The notes under the pieces are model-generated. The model had not been told where the DNA came from. It did not search any database and saw only the letters and a program-made list of their open reading frames with translations. This document shows positions 14,501-27,739 of a stretch of DNA of 64,000 nucleotides, in pieces. Within the stretch, counting starts at the first letter, position 1. Every line of letters starts with the position of its first letter. This stretch comes from Gnetum montanum (taxonomy: Eukaryota; Plantae; Gnetophyta), in the NCBI GenBank assembly GCA_015680685.1, contig MNCI01002045.1, positions 511,172-575,171 of the forward strand, in the 5' to 3' direction. The translations under genes and the position numbers were made by a program.

Positions 14501-15050
14501 TAGGTCTCTAGATCACATCGCATTTGCTTAATCGTACTTGCCCAAACGTTTGTGCTAGATGAGAAAACGTCTAAGGTAGTGTAGGTTAAGGTTAGAGTGT
14601 CTAGATTATCATGCAAGCCATCTTCATCAACTCTGAACCTAGTAATCAACCATAGAACCATTAGTAATTTGACAAGAGAAGTAGAAAAAAAACACTGCAT
14701 AAGCCATAAAGCACTTACCCTTTGACATAGTAGATAGTTCTAGTTGGGTTCTGGAACAAAGTATGTAATCACTATGTGACAAAAAGAGTGTTGCTCTTAT
14801 TATAACAAGAAAGCCCCATCATGCGCCATACTTTGGATAACTTCCAAATGCCCCTAGAACCTCTACCTAACCCTCCTACCCCATCAACATTAGTAGCACA
14901 CTCATTTTAGACAAATTTTAGAATTCTCTGGTTAGCCTTGGGTAACAACATCTCGGTGATAGCACTTGCAATGTCAACTGCCAAGTGTGATCACATGATC
15001 ACACTAAACTACTACAATAGGTATTCTAGGAGCTCCTAGGATCCTAGCCA
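11600..15050 (-). pseudogene. Antisense multi-exon accessory gene of B (PMD/plant-transposon-protein-like), decayed
   Basis: HIGLMDLFLALIPSILVVEMVTIIDSF...YLFGILTDG (13911-14231), WDPSRVARMD. Minus-strand donors at ~14718 (GTAAGT), ~13301, ~12938 and ~11728 are at positions equivalent to C. Confidence 0.75.
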
Positions 15051-16902
15051 GAACCACACTACCTAATGATCCACTCGTATATTTGGTATAGGGGTATTGG
15101 GGATAGGTTCACTCATGNATCTCTATGCATGCTATTTTCTTTCTCTCTTGTTTTTTTTTTATCATTGCATAGATAGCCCTATAGACTACGCTCTGGACTA
15201 TAGGTGCTGGGCCGTTAATGTTGTGAGTAGGATTTTGAGACTTTGGGTGCTAAGCCTTGGGTTGCACCTATGGTGGCACCAGTGAGGAAGAGGGAGGGCC
15301 ATGGTGAAACCTAGTAGGCATGATGAGCATGGCCCTGGGTGAAGACTACACTCTCCATGGCCATGGTCCAAAACTACTCTCTATGCATTGAGAGTTGAGA
15401 GTGTAGTTTCTACAAGTGTTTGTCAAAATCTTTGTTTTTGGGACTACACTCTCGACTAGGGTAGTCCAAAGTTAGTAAAAATTTTGTTAATCATGTGTGA
15501 TGTTAATCCTATGAAGTATGTTGTACCCTAGTGAGTGCCAAGCACATCAAACAAGTTAGTTGATGTCCTATACCTATGGGGACCTAGGATGTATTGTCAA
15601 AATTAGGCATTTTTGCTAATTTATATTAATAATTTATAATATGTATATCAAAATTTTCCATCTATGCATGTATTAATGCTTTGCCTATTTCTTGATGATT
15701 GAAGGGTATTGTTGAAACCCATTTTAATCNGCATGCAATGCGTAGGGTCTTAAGCCCCATACTAAAAAAAAAATCAATGCCTATGGTATCTATAGCCCCT
15801 GTGGCCACATCATGTAGCATAATGGTAGCTGTTGTGGGTTGTTTCGTAGAGCATCCATGAGGCCCTAGTCCTCACACAAGCCTAGCAAAAAAAAAAAAAG
15901 AGAGAGATAACCAGAAAAGGTAGAAAAATAAGAAAAAATTATGCATAATGGTAGTCGTAGTCCCCTACAATCATGTCGTGGTATGCAATGGTAGTAGTGG
16001 CCCCCTGCGACTGTGCCATGGTGCATGGTGGCTGACATGTCCCCCGTGGTCAAACCACGGAGTGTGATGCACAAGGCTGTAACTCTGTGTAGCCATGAAA
16101 CTGCAAAAACCCTCCCTATTATAATGCCCTCCCTACTGCCATGTTGCATCATAAATGATGCCTGTACAACAACCATTGCCACGATAGGACATGCAAGGTG
16201 ATGATATTAAGCTACACTCCTAGCAAACCTTGAAAAAATAAAAATTGAATAAGAAAATTGACAAAGGGGGAGAGTGTAGTTAGTGTACCTGGCTAATGCA
16301 AACAACCTCCTCTCCTGCATTCATACCTATGGTAGGCGACTCAATGTTTTCTCTCCCTTAGTAATGTTTGCCAGCCCTGGGTAAATGTGTGTACTTCAAC
16401 GCATCATCTTCCATGGGAATACGCTCTCCATTGGTGCCAAAGGCAGATGCAGCAGCAAGACTATGCTCTTAATCTTGTGTTAAAGGAAAAGAAAATGACA
16501 AGTTACCATGGTAAAATTTCACCTACATAGCCTCTTGGGATCATTTAATGATCCACCAACCTAAGACTACACTTGCCACCAAATGCCTAATGGAGAGTGT
16601 AGTCAACCATATCGAGCCTAAAAAGATGATTTTTTGCTACCTTGTAAACACACAAGTTGATTATGCTCCTTCAGCATAATCAACTCACCTTAGAATGACA
16701 TGTTTGACACATTCTCAGTCTAGTAAGACCTAAAAATGGCTTGTTGAGACCTAAAACTAGCACAAACATGTTTACCTCCCATATAAACTTGCACACATGC
16801 TTAAGAAAATTTCATTGGATCACTTTTCTCATTTGTGCATATTAACTTTGTTAATATAGGTGCCACTTGACATTTTTCTGGTTTATTTTGTAGAAACACG
16901 AA

Positions 16903-19469
16903 ATGGCTATGCAGAAGTAGATCTTCTCACCTTTGCTCCTCATGGGGTCTTATGGGGACACCAAGTGATGCATTGGCCCTCCTTTCCTAGACCTTGAGCC
17001 TACAGCCTACAATGAATACATAGCCTCCGTAGAAGCACCACTAGATTGGCTCGACCATCTAGTTAAGGCTCTCAACCTAGAGGTAGGGGATGTCATAGAG
17101 GATCCCCTTGTTGAGATTCCTATGTTAGCATACAATGGTGAGGTGAGAATGCTGAAACTACGCTCCTTGTTAGAACCCCAGCATGCTGAAGACATTGCTA
17201 GAGTACTTAATGATAACATTAAAGAATTTGCATGGTCATAGGAGGACATGCTGGGCCTAGATCCTTGGCTAGTCTAGCATAACATCATCCTTGATCCCTA
17301 CATCAAACTAGTTAAGCAAAAAGTGTACAAGGTTTGGCCTGAGGTTGTGTTTGTAGTCCACGATGAGATCACCAAGCTTTACAAAGCTAGTTTCATCTAG
17401 GTTGTCGACTATGTAGACTGGGTCTCCAACATCGTAGTTGTGTTTAAGGAAAATGGAAGTATACACATTTGCATAGACTTCTAAGGCCTAAACAAGGTGT
17501 CCATCAAAGACAACTTCCCATTTCCTAGTATCAATCAATTGATCAATACCATGGTTGGATACAACCAGATTAGGATCAACCCTGAGCACTAGCTTAGTAC
17601 AACCTTCATGACCCCCTAGGGTATGTTTTACTACATAATGATGCCTTTTGGACTAAAGAACATAGGAGCAACATACCAATGAGTAATGACATACATCTTT
17701 GACAACTACATGCTTAGTTTGCTCAATGACTATGTAGATGATATTGCGGTTAAGTCTAAAGTGATTGATAACCACAAAAATGACTTAGATTTAGTGCTTA
17801 AATGTTGCCTAAAACATGAGCCTAGGTTAAACCCCAAGAAGTATGTTTTTGGTGTTAGAACAAGTAGGATGCTTGGCTTTGTAGCATCTGAAGTAGGTAT
17901 ATGCATAGATCTCGACAAGGTTAAGGCCATAACCAACTTAGCACCATTGGATAACCTTAAGGAGGTATAAGGGTTGCAAGGTAGAATATAATTCATACAT
18001 AGGTTTATCACCTAGTTAACTAACAAGTTATAGCCAATGGAACATTTGCTCAAGAAAGGAGCCCATTTTGAGTGGATAGCTTGGTGCTAGTAAGAATTCG
18101 ATAACATTATTCAAGAGCTAGCGCAACTACCTACGGTTCACCCTTCACAAGGAGATAAGCCTTTTTACATCTACCTTGCCACTTTTGACATGTCCATCAC
18201 TTCTCTACTTTGCCAAAAGTAAGATGATAGCATAGAGGTCCTAGTCTACTACCTAAGTCATGCATTAGTGGCCCATGGAACGAGATAAAAACATGGAGAA
18301 GTATTACCTTTCCCTAGTCTTCTCACTAAAGAAGTGGAGGCATTACCTCTTCCATAGCTAGGTTAACATCATTTACAAGAACAACATACTTGAAGCTATA
18401 ACAATGATTATCTACTAAATTAGTTGCATTGCATGGTGGAAAGTAATAACAGTGGAATTTGACCTATGTTATGTTGTGCAAGCCTCAATGAAAGGTTAAG
18501 TAATAGCCACACAATTGATAGCTCACCAGTAGATGATCAAGCTACCACTATGTTCCCAAACGATCATGTCAATAGTATTAGCCAAGTGCCTAACAACTAT
18601 GAGGCACTCTTGCATTTCGACTGAGCTTCAACCTTTCAAGGATGTAGCACCACTACTATTATCATGTTTCCCTTTGAGGAGATCCAACCCTTCACATATC
18701 ATTTTGCATTTCCTTGCACCAACAATGTGGTAGAGTACAAAGGTATCCTTCAAGGAATCTTTGTAGCATGTGACCTAGGAATCTAATGCATAGTGGTCTG
18801 AAGTGATTTACAATTAGTGGTCAATTAGGTAAGAGAGGTTTCTACCTAAAAAGCACAACATTTACAACCTTATTGCGACCTGGCAACAGACTTGGTCCAA
18901 CACTTTGCAGTTGTTGATGTTCAATATGTTTTCTAGAGCGAAAATGCCATTGTTGACATACTTGCAATGCTAGCCCTTAGCATAGCACCTAACATGTTTA
19001 ACACATTGCCCACCTTGATAGAAAACTACACTGCACCTATCATGCAAACCACCAAAGATGTGTTCATAGTCACAATTAGCACCATCCATTCAAAAGAGTG
19101 AGACAAAAATATCAAGGCATACCTTCTATAAGGTGAGCCCTTGCAACACTTAATTGCTGCTCAAAAGGACATAGTATGCAAACATGTTTGGTAGTACATC
19201 ATCGTGGGTGATAACATACTATGTTACAAATCCTATGATGACATACTACTAACCTACATAAGTTAAAATGAAGCGAAAAAAATTGTCAGGCAAGTCCACG
19301 GAGGATTATTTGGAGGTCACAGAGCACCTAGGGCAATGATAGTAAAAATTAGATGGCTAGGATGGTATTGGCCTTACATGAAGAGCACTTACGTCTAGGA
19401 AGTCAAGATGTGGAACATTTGTTAGTAGCATAGCAACATAATGCACTTGCAACCAATTGAATTGCATAT
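16903..19469 (+). pseudogene. pol of B: RT, RH, archaeal-type RH, N-terminal integrase
   Basis: DWVSNIVVV, MPFGLKNIGATYQ, YVDD at ~17731, FPCTNNVVEYKGIL, VHGGLFGGH. Contains stops. Confidence 0.92.
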
Positions 19470-21223
19470 TGGAGCAACCGAAAACATCGGTGAATGGAAA
19501 CACTGAGAGGTTACGCGGTGAATAGTTTAACCATGGCTCCATGTGAGGGCCGTGCTGGATAAAATAGAAGCGGGACGCCCTGAACGGTCTGGTCGATTAG
19601 ACAAGGACTTAATCAGTGTAACTTAACCTTACGTGAACATTATTTTAAATTCTAAATACATGAAGTATAAAAATGATTAATAAATGTAGGAATAAAGAAG
19701 ATAATGCTAAACAGTGATAACAATGAAGAAATAATAGAATAAGTTGGTGTAAGTAAATGCACCACCACAAAATCGTGGGTTTGATTCTTTGCCTCATTTG
19801 AAAATGTATGAGAAGTTATATAACGCCGGAGGTGCACAGAGAGTTCAAGAATGACCAGAACGCTCACAATGTATCAACTATGCTTTTGAGTGAGAATTTA
19901 AAAGCAAACAGTGCAAAAATGCCAACACAAAGAGCCAATGCCAAATGCTAACCCAAAATTGCCAACAATTGCCAACCGCTCTCTTCAATGCAAAAATGCT
20001 AGTTCTTTCTTCAAAAAAGCCAACCAAAATTTCCAACCCTTTGAGCATTGCTCGTGAAGGTATTTATAGGGCTAGGAGCAAGTAAGAAATGATGCCTGGA
20101 TGCCACATCTCTTGGACACACGAGATGCTGACGTGCATGTACTACAAAGATGTGCAACGCCGGTTGTGAACTTTCTATGCTATAACTATGCTATCAAAAA
20201 TTGCACATTCTAGTATTCAGTATGCTAACAATGCAAGCAAGAAATGAAGCACATTGGTTTAGTGTAGCTACTTGCTACGCTGTGCTACGCTATGTAGCGT
20301 AGCACAGCGTAGCCACTGGTTTAAATAGAAAACTTGTGTTGGATTAAACAGCATTTTCCGGAAGCCTTGGCGCACATTAGGTTAATTTTTGAAGCATTTT
20401 GTTTTGGTTTTGCATCTTTGCTACATTGCTCTACACTATGCTATGCTACGTAGTACAGTAGCTGGTTTACGAATTGTGTTGAAGTTGAAATCATTTGTTT
20501 AAAGCTTGATCATGCTAACAACTACAACGTTTGCCCCTTGTGAAGGGAAGCTTTTGGACTTGCTAAAATTGCATTTGAAACACTTTCTATTGCTCTTGTA
20601 TTATCGCTACGCTATGCTACGCTATGTAGCGTAGCATAGCATAGCAGCTAGCATATCCTGCTTTTTGTTCAATCCACCATTTTCTAGTAAGAAACTTTGC
20701 TAAATGACTTGAAGTTAAACAAGGCAATTGGTTTTGGAGGCCAGAGTGCTTGTTGAGTGCAATTTCTTCATTGAAACTAAGTTGGGACTTTCTGATTTGC
20801 CTTTGCTATGCTGTGCTACACTGCGTAGCATAGCATAGCATAGCACCTTGTTTTGCAACAGTTTGCACTTGATTTCTTGAACAAATTTTTTTCGAGGCTT
20901 GCTACGCTACATAGCATAGCATAGCATAGCAAACTTCTTCACTAGAAAACTTGTCGAACTATTTTATCCATCCTCAGCAAAGTCAACAAATCCTAGCATG
21001 GTTTTTGAGTAAACTGATAGTCTAGTGAATTGTCCAGGTGGGTAGACTGGAGAGTCCATCAAGCCTGTCAGCTCTAGAGGTAGAAAATTTGCCAGACTGG
21101 ACAGTCTAATCTTAGTGCATTCATTTCCTATCAAACATTCATGAGGCTACACTTGTGAAAATCCTTGCCTCAGTTCCAAGACCCTGGTGAAGCAAGAGTG
21201 CCTCGAAATTTTATGGTGTTTCA
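19470..21223 (-). repeat. 3' LTR of C
   Basis: Collinear with 36343-38179. Contains GCTAC/GTAGC pentamer palindromes and a TATA at ~20060-20071. Confidence 0.95.
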
Positions 21224-21241
21224 TTGACTCCTCTTTGTCGA
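21224..21241 (-). other. Polypurine tract of C
   Basis: Minus strand CGACAAAGAGGAGTCAA immediately before TGAAACACC. Confidence 0.8.
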
Positions 21242-22587
21242 CATCTGGAGGACGGACTTGAGAGATGTCGACAAAGAATACGAAACACCATGATAGACAA
21301 AATGCTAACATCACTCCTTAGTAATTTCCAAGATGTCTCCTAGCTATGATTGAGAGTGCTAGGATAGTCATGTAGGAAAAGGGAAAAGAGTGGATCTACG
21401 AGGACAGTTTCAGGAAGGGAAAGATGTAGCATAGTGTGGTCCATCGTCGGAGTGCTTGTGAGGGAATCGATATGCATTAGCGTCTTTCTTCTATAGGTTT
21501 CTAACCTCTCATCAGAATGCTTGGAGATGATCTTTATGAAATAGCTGATGTGCCATTTTTTGGGCACACATTTTGTTTTGCGTGAGCTTTTGCTCTTCTA
21601 CGCTTTTCTTTTGTTGTTTTTCCATTTTCATTTGCAAACAATCTTGTTGTTGCAGGATAGGTGTTTCTTTCCTAGGATGAGTTACGTTACATCCACTTGG
21701 GGCTTGAACCTGCCTACAAATGCTTTCCATGAGGCGAGTTGCGTTACGTGCATCATGGACTTTGCGGTTGAGCATATGGGAGGGCTTTATAGGCATCGGA
21801 AAAAAAATTTGTAAAAGAGGTGTAAGAAAGAGAATTGCGAGTGTAAGGAATGAGGTAAAGGAGGTTAAGGGGGAGGACGGGATGTGCACTCCCAAGTAGT
21901 CAAGCTAGTCAGGACGACCATCTTGTAACGATGTAGTGTCCTGTCATCTTGGTGAAATGCACCTCTGATCGACACCCCCTCGACAGATACCCTGCAAACA
22001 CAACAGAAAGCAAACCAAAAGAAACAACCATAAAGTAAAATGAAGGAAAAGTTCTTACTTGCTTTGGACACTTTTGGAGCTTTGGATGTTGTTGTTGAGG
22101 CATTCAACATCCAATCTAGAAAGGCCAACAATGGTTCTGGCAGCATCAACGTGGAGAGGTAGGCACCTAGGAGGCTAGGAGTGCTTAGGAGTCCCCACCC
22201 AAGGCAGACATTATGTAGTTCAGCTGTAAGGTGAGATGCCTAGCAGCTGAATGTATTTTAGGCTTGGGCGATGGTGGGGGCTGGAGGATAGCACTTTTGT
22301 GGCTGGGCCACAATAGTGCTGGGACTCTAGTAGTAGGCGCCAACCATAAGAGCTACCGCCAGGACAAAGGGCGATGGTAGCGGTAGCTCTGGAAGGTCAA
22401 CAAGATGTCATACAACATCTTTGGAGGATCAACAAGATGTCAAGGGTAGTGGCATTGCATATATTCTAGAGGGTGTTTTCTTGGTGTCGTGAATTGCATT
22501 CTAGAACTGCAATGTCCCACCTTGTGTCGGCACTGTGCATGCTTGCTTGTTTATTGAGTCATGGATGCATTTTGAGAACATGCCGCA

Positions 22588-23010
22588 AACCTAGTTTAAG
22601 GTCTTGGTAGACCATTTGATGTGCTGGTTTAAGGTCTTAGTAGATTGTGGTGCACTAGTTTAAAGTCCTAGAAGACCGCTATGCTAGTTTAAGGTCCTAG
22701 TAGACCGCTATGCTAGTTTATCATCGTAGTTGATAGTTGCTGTGCTAGTTTAAGGTCTTAGCAGACCACTATGCTAGTTTATCATCGTAGTGGATAGTGG
22801 ATGTGCTAGTTTAAGGTTCTAGTAGACCGTCTGTGCCAGTTTAACGTCATAGTAGATGTGCTTTGCTAGTTTTTCTTCATGGTGGACGGTCTGTGCCAAT
22901 TTATAGTCATGGCAGACTATCTGTGCCAGTTTATAGTCATAGCGGACTATCTTTGCCAGTTTTACAGTGTAGCGGATGAGCTTTGCCAATTTTACATCGT
23001 AGCAGATGTT
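22588..23010 (-). repeat. 3' UTR ~27-30 bp tandem array (hairpin + TAAAYTRGCA) of C
   Basis: About 14 units directly after the integrase stop. Confidence 0.9.
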
Positions 23011-23030
23011 TTGCTCACCTTGCTTATGCA

Positions 23031-26000
23031 TCAAATGTAGTACGGCTTGAGATACGAATGATTCATAGGATTTGCGAACTTGTTGCTGTCCATGTCTGCC
23101 AACTTGAAGGCTCCATTCCGATAGGCTTTTGTGACCATGAATGGACCTTCCTAGTTTACTAAGAACTTTTTTACACATTCATGGAAATCCTTGAGAATGA
23201 GGTCCCCCCTTTTTATTAGCCGTTGATGTGCGTTTGCATGATGCTTCTGCTGTTGCTTGTCTTGGTAGCGCTCTATGCGGTCAAATGTTTGTGCACGCTC
23301 CTCCTCTATGGAGTCGAGGTCGATGATCCTTGACTCATTTTTCTGGGCTTCGCTCATGATGTTTGACAGGATCATTTGAAGAGATGATACCTGCAGCTCA
23401 AGAGGCAACACCACTTCAGATCCATAAACAAGGCTATAAGGTGTCTTACCTGTCGCCATTCTACATGTCGTTCAGTAAGCCCGCAACACATAGAGGATTT
23501 GCTTGTGCCATCACCTCTTGCTATTATTAAGAATTTTCTTGAGAAATTTGATGATGGCTTTGTTCATAGCTTCTTCCTATCCGTTTTCCTGTGGGTAGTA
23601 TGATGAGGAAAAGGATTGCCTAATCCAAGGTTGCTGCAAAAGCTTTTGGTTTTCGCACTACTAAATTGTGGTCTGTTATATGTCATAATAGTCATAGGAA
23701 GCTCAAACCTCGTGATGACGTTATCTAATATAAAGTGGAAAACCTGTTGAGATGTAGTCTTCCAAAGGGGGATAGCCTCCACCCACTTTGTAAAGTACTA
23801 AGTGGTGGTGATGATGAAGCTATTCCCTACGAAGGACTTAGGTGTGATAGGTCCTATAATGTCTAGTTGCCATTGTTGGAATGTCCATGTGATATGCGTC
23901 GGGTGCAACTCGGTAAGTGAAGTATGTATAAGATTTGCATATCATTGGCACGTATCACGAGTCTTAACTTTGGCTAGGCAATCACATTCCATGTGAGGCT
24001 AGTAATACCTTAGGTGTCTGATTTTTGCTGCCATGGGCCTAGGTGCTATGTGTCCACCACATAGTACCTCGTGTACCTCATTAATGACCTTCTGCGCTTA
24101 TTTCTCACTTACGCATGTCAGAAATATCCCATCAAAGGAATGTTTGCATAAAGCGTTATCTCCCATAAGTACATATTATTGAGCACGCTTGCAGATCACA
24201 TCCATTTGGGTAGATGTCAATCCTCATGGGGGTTCGCCACGTTGCAGATAAGCTTTAATGTTGGCGTACCACTCCTGGGTGTCCACAGCACTTACAAAGG
24301 CTACGTGTACCCCTTGAGTGATAGGCTCCATACACTTGGTTATTGAAGTGGAAAAACTTGCAAACAGGTGTGGTGGCACATTTAATGCTAGGGTGGCCAA
24401 GGTATCTGCTACGGTGTTCTCATTGCATGGCATGTGTTGAACGTCCATTTTTGCAAACTGTTTAAGCAAAATTTTTGCTATGTTGCAATAGGGCTGCAGA
24501 TGAGTAGCTTTGCAGACATAGACCTCAGTGATTTGATTCACAACGAGTTGTGAGTTGTCTCGAATTGCTAGATGTTGAATTTTTAATGCTTGTGCTACTA
24601 AGAGGCCCCTGAGGATTCCTTCATACTTTGCCACGTTGTTTGTACAAAGGAACGCGAAACGATAAGAAAATGGTTGCATTTCCCTAGAGGGGAACGTAAT
24701 GACGGCTGCTGCACTACCACCACGTGTAGTCGAGGCACTATCGAAATGTAATGTAGCTTCAAGATGTGATGGGATAGCGTTGATGTTACTAACGTGCTCG
24801 TCAGGGAATTCAAGATCTATGATTGCCCGATCTTTGATGGGTAAGGTCGTAATTTGCATAGCTATAGCTTGACCTTTCGTCAACGATTGGGTCACATAAT
24901 GAAAATCAAATTCCACGATTATAGCTTTCCACCAGGCTATCTTGTTGCTTTCGTATAGATTATTCGTGATAGCCTGGAGTACATTGCTTTTGCAAATGAT
25001 GTTAACTTTGCTACTGAACAGATAATGCTTCCACTTTTTTAATGCAAACACTAGGGCGAGGTAATTTCTATCCACCTCATTATACTTCGTCTCGTAGGCT
25101 ATCAATGCATGACTTAATTAATACACTGGAATCTCAGAGCTATCGTCTCGTCTCTGACATAATAGTGTCGTGATGGACGTGTCTAAGGTGGCAAGGTAGA
25201 TGTAGAAAGGCTTATCCCTCTGCGGTGGGTAAATATTTGGGAGGTGTAAAAGCTCTTTTTTTAGGTCATTGAAGGCTTGCTGGCATTGTGTTGTCCATTT
25301 GAAGTTAATCCCTTTCTTTAGTGAGTGTTGCATGGGGTGTAACTTGTCAGTCAACTTTGCTATAAACCTTCTAATAAACAGTACCCTACCTTGCAACTCG
25401 CGTAATTATTTAAGGTTTGTAGGGGTTTCTAGATTAACGATAACCTTAACTTTATCAGGGTCCACTCGTATTCCAGCCTCCAATACTACAAACCCTAGGA
25501 TACGTCTGGTTCTCACCCCGAAGACACTTTTTTGGGTTGAGGCGTAAGTCATGCATCTGGCAACGTTTAAGGACTATAGCTAGATTGTTGGGATGATCAA
25601 TGGCCTCTTTAGATTTGACCGCTATGTCATCCACGTAGTCATTTAGTGTTTCTAGGTTGTAGTTACTAAAGATCTATGTCATGGGTCTTTGGTAGGTTGT
25701 TCTGATGTTTTTGAGCCTAATGGGCATCCTAGTGTAACAGAAAGTACCCCATGGGGTCATGAAAGTTGTTGTTAACTGATGCTCTGGGTTGCGAATTTGA
25801 TTGTAGCCGAAGAAACCATCTATGAAGGATAACAGAGCATGACTAGCCATAGTGTCAATGAGTTGATCAATACTCGGTAGTGGGAAGTCTTCTTTGATCG
25901 TTGCTTTGTTTAGATGCCGGAAGTCTATACAGATTCGTATTTCTCCCATTTTCTTAGAAACCACGACGATGTTTGACACCCACTCTAAGTAATCAACTGC

Positions 26001-26467
26001 CCGAATGAAACCAGCTTGATACAACTTAGTGATTTCATCGTGTACGGCTAGTGCAATCTTTGGTTTAACCTTGCGAGCCTTTTGCTTAATTGCTTTCATA
26101 CACGGATCTAAGATAATGTTGTGCTGTATTAGCCTCGGATCCAAGCTCAACATGTTATTATAAGACCACGCAAATAATTTGATGTTGTCCTGTAGTATCT
26201 TGGATACATCTTTATGTGTTTGCAAATCTATGATATTTTCCCCTTGGATGTAGTCATAGGTGTTTCAATGAGAGGGTCCTCAGTTACGTCCTCGGCCTCT
26301 AAATCTAAGGCTTGGACTAGATGTTCAAGCAAGTTTGGGAATGTTTCTAAGGATGCTACAGAGCTATCTGCGAATGATTCCCAGTCTATTAACTCTAGGT
26401 TCAATTGTCTTGTGAGCTCGCTGTGTGGACTTGTTAAAGTTAAAGGTGAGGAGAGATCATGATGCAT
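23031..26467 (-). pseudogene. pol of C: RT - RH - archaeal-type RH - integrase (GPF motif, no chromodomain seen)
   Basis: EWVSNIVVV, ICIDFRHLNKA, YVDD at ~25626-25637, aRH LHFDSAS..CTNNVAKYEG..NSQLVVNQ..NTVADTLA, INT LDIIGP..KWVEAIPL..TPYSLVYGSEVVLPLE..EGPFMV. Confidence 0.95.
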
Positions 26468-26616
26468 TGCTAATTTTTCTCAACCTGCCACAATGAGATA
26501 AATGCCAAGTCAAGTGATACCTGTTTTTAGCAACAACACACAGTAAACATTTGCAAAGAAATAAGGAAATATGAACAATTGAAATAATTGTAAACTATGA
26601 TACAAAGTTTGCGACT

Positions 26617-26915
26617 TGCCAGTTTAAGGTTCTAGCAGACCATCTGAATGCAAAAATTTAAAACTTCTACTTTAAGGTCTTTATGGACCGCTAACGGGTT
26701 AGATTTGCTAGTTAAAAGTATGAGTTTAAGATCTTTGCAGATTGCTAACTTGATTGAAGCTGTGAGTCAAGATTGCTAGTTTAAGGTCTTTGCGGACCGT
26801 TAACGAGTTATTGTTGCAAAGGTTAAAACTATTAGTTTAAGGTCTTTGTGGACCACTAACAGGTTGCTTTTGTAAAGGTAATTTGTATTAGTTTAAGGTC
26901 TTTGTGGATCCCTAA
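26617..26915 (-). repeat. Hairpin-motif array upstream of RT in C
   Basis: About 6 copies of AGTTTAAGGTCTTTGYGGACC at ~50 bp spacing. Confidence 0.85.
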
Positions 26916-27739
26916 CTTCTTATTCTTGTGAAGGCAAANCTTCGTAAGAGTGTAGAGCCCATATTCAGAGTGTACAATTGTTGTATCGACAAAGAGCAAG
27001 GTGATTTAGCGTAGCAACTAAGAAGGAATCTACAACTGAGATGATGGCACCTAAAAGAGAACGCAAACACCTAGCACTCGCCAAGGTGGATGAGGTGAAA
27101 GACACCCTAGGACATCTGTCATAGGTGCGCGTCGAGGTGTGAGAGGAGAAACCTTTGGCTCTGTAAGTTGCTATGCTACCTTTGTTTTTTCCATGCTATT
27201 GTTGTTGTTTCTGTTTTCTATTTTCGCTTTTTGTTTCAAAAATCTGCATCTTTTGTCACTATTTTGATTGCAATCTTGGCCGTTACACCACTGTTGTTGT
27301 CGATTTGGCCATGATAGGTGTACAGACACTACGCTAAAGTTGCATGCAATATTGCCTAGACCTCCATTTCCATGACTACCTCGCCACGGAGGTTTAGGTG
27401 ATTTTGGCAACCTAGCATGCAAAGAGCGTAATGTACGACACTCAGGAGGGTTTGGCCATACACATGATTTGACAACGTAACATGTGTCTATCACAGCGTA
27501 GTGAAAATCATTTTGTTAGGTAGAAGATTTGTTGAAAAATTGCAGTGTATTAAATTGTTTCTTGTTCAAAATTCATATTTAATTTTTTGTTGCTCTGCTA
27601 TGCTATTGTCTTTGTGGTTCTGCTACGCTACATGCAAGGAAAGAGTTATACTATGCTATTTGTAAATGGCTAATCTTGCTACACTACAAGCTAACTTTAG
27701 TCGAACATGATGTTAACATTTGCCATTATGTTGTGCAGG

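Noticed and set aside
22588-23010. Repeat-spacer arrays as CRISPR
   Set aside because: Eukaryotic retrotransposon context, degenerate repeats, spacers only a few nt long, and no cas genes.
22819-23178. ORF with 10-aa repeats (YDVKLAK/YDYKLAQ)
   Set aside because: It is a translation of the 30-bp 3' UTR array, out of frame with integrase and not kept open in B.
26617-26915. Hairpin arrays as hammerhead ribozymes (retrozyme-like)
   Set aside because: No CTGANGA...GAAA catalytic core in the units.
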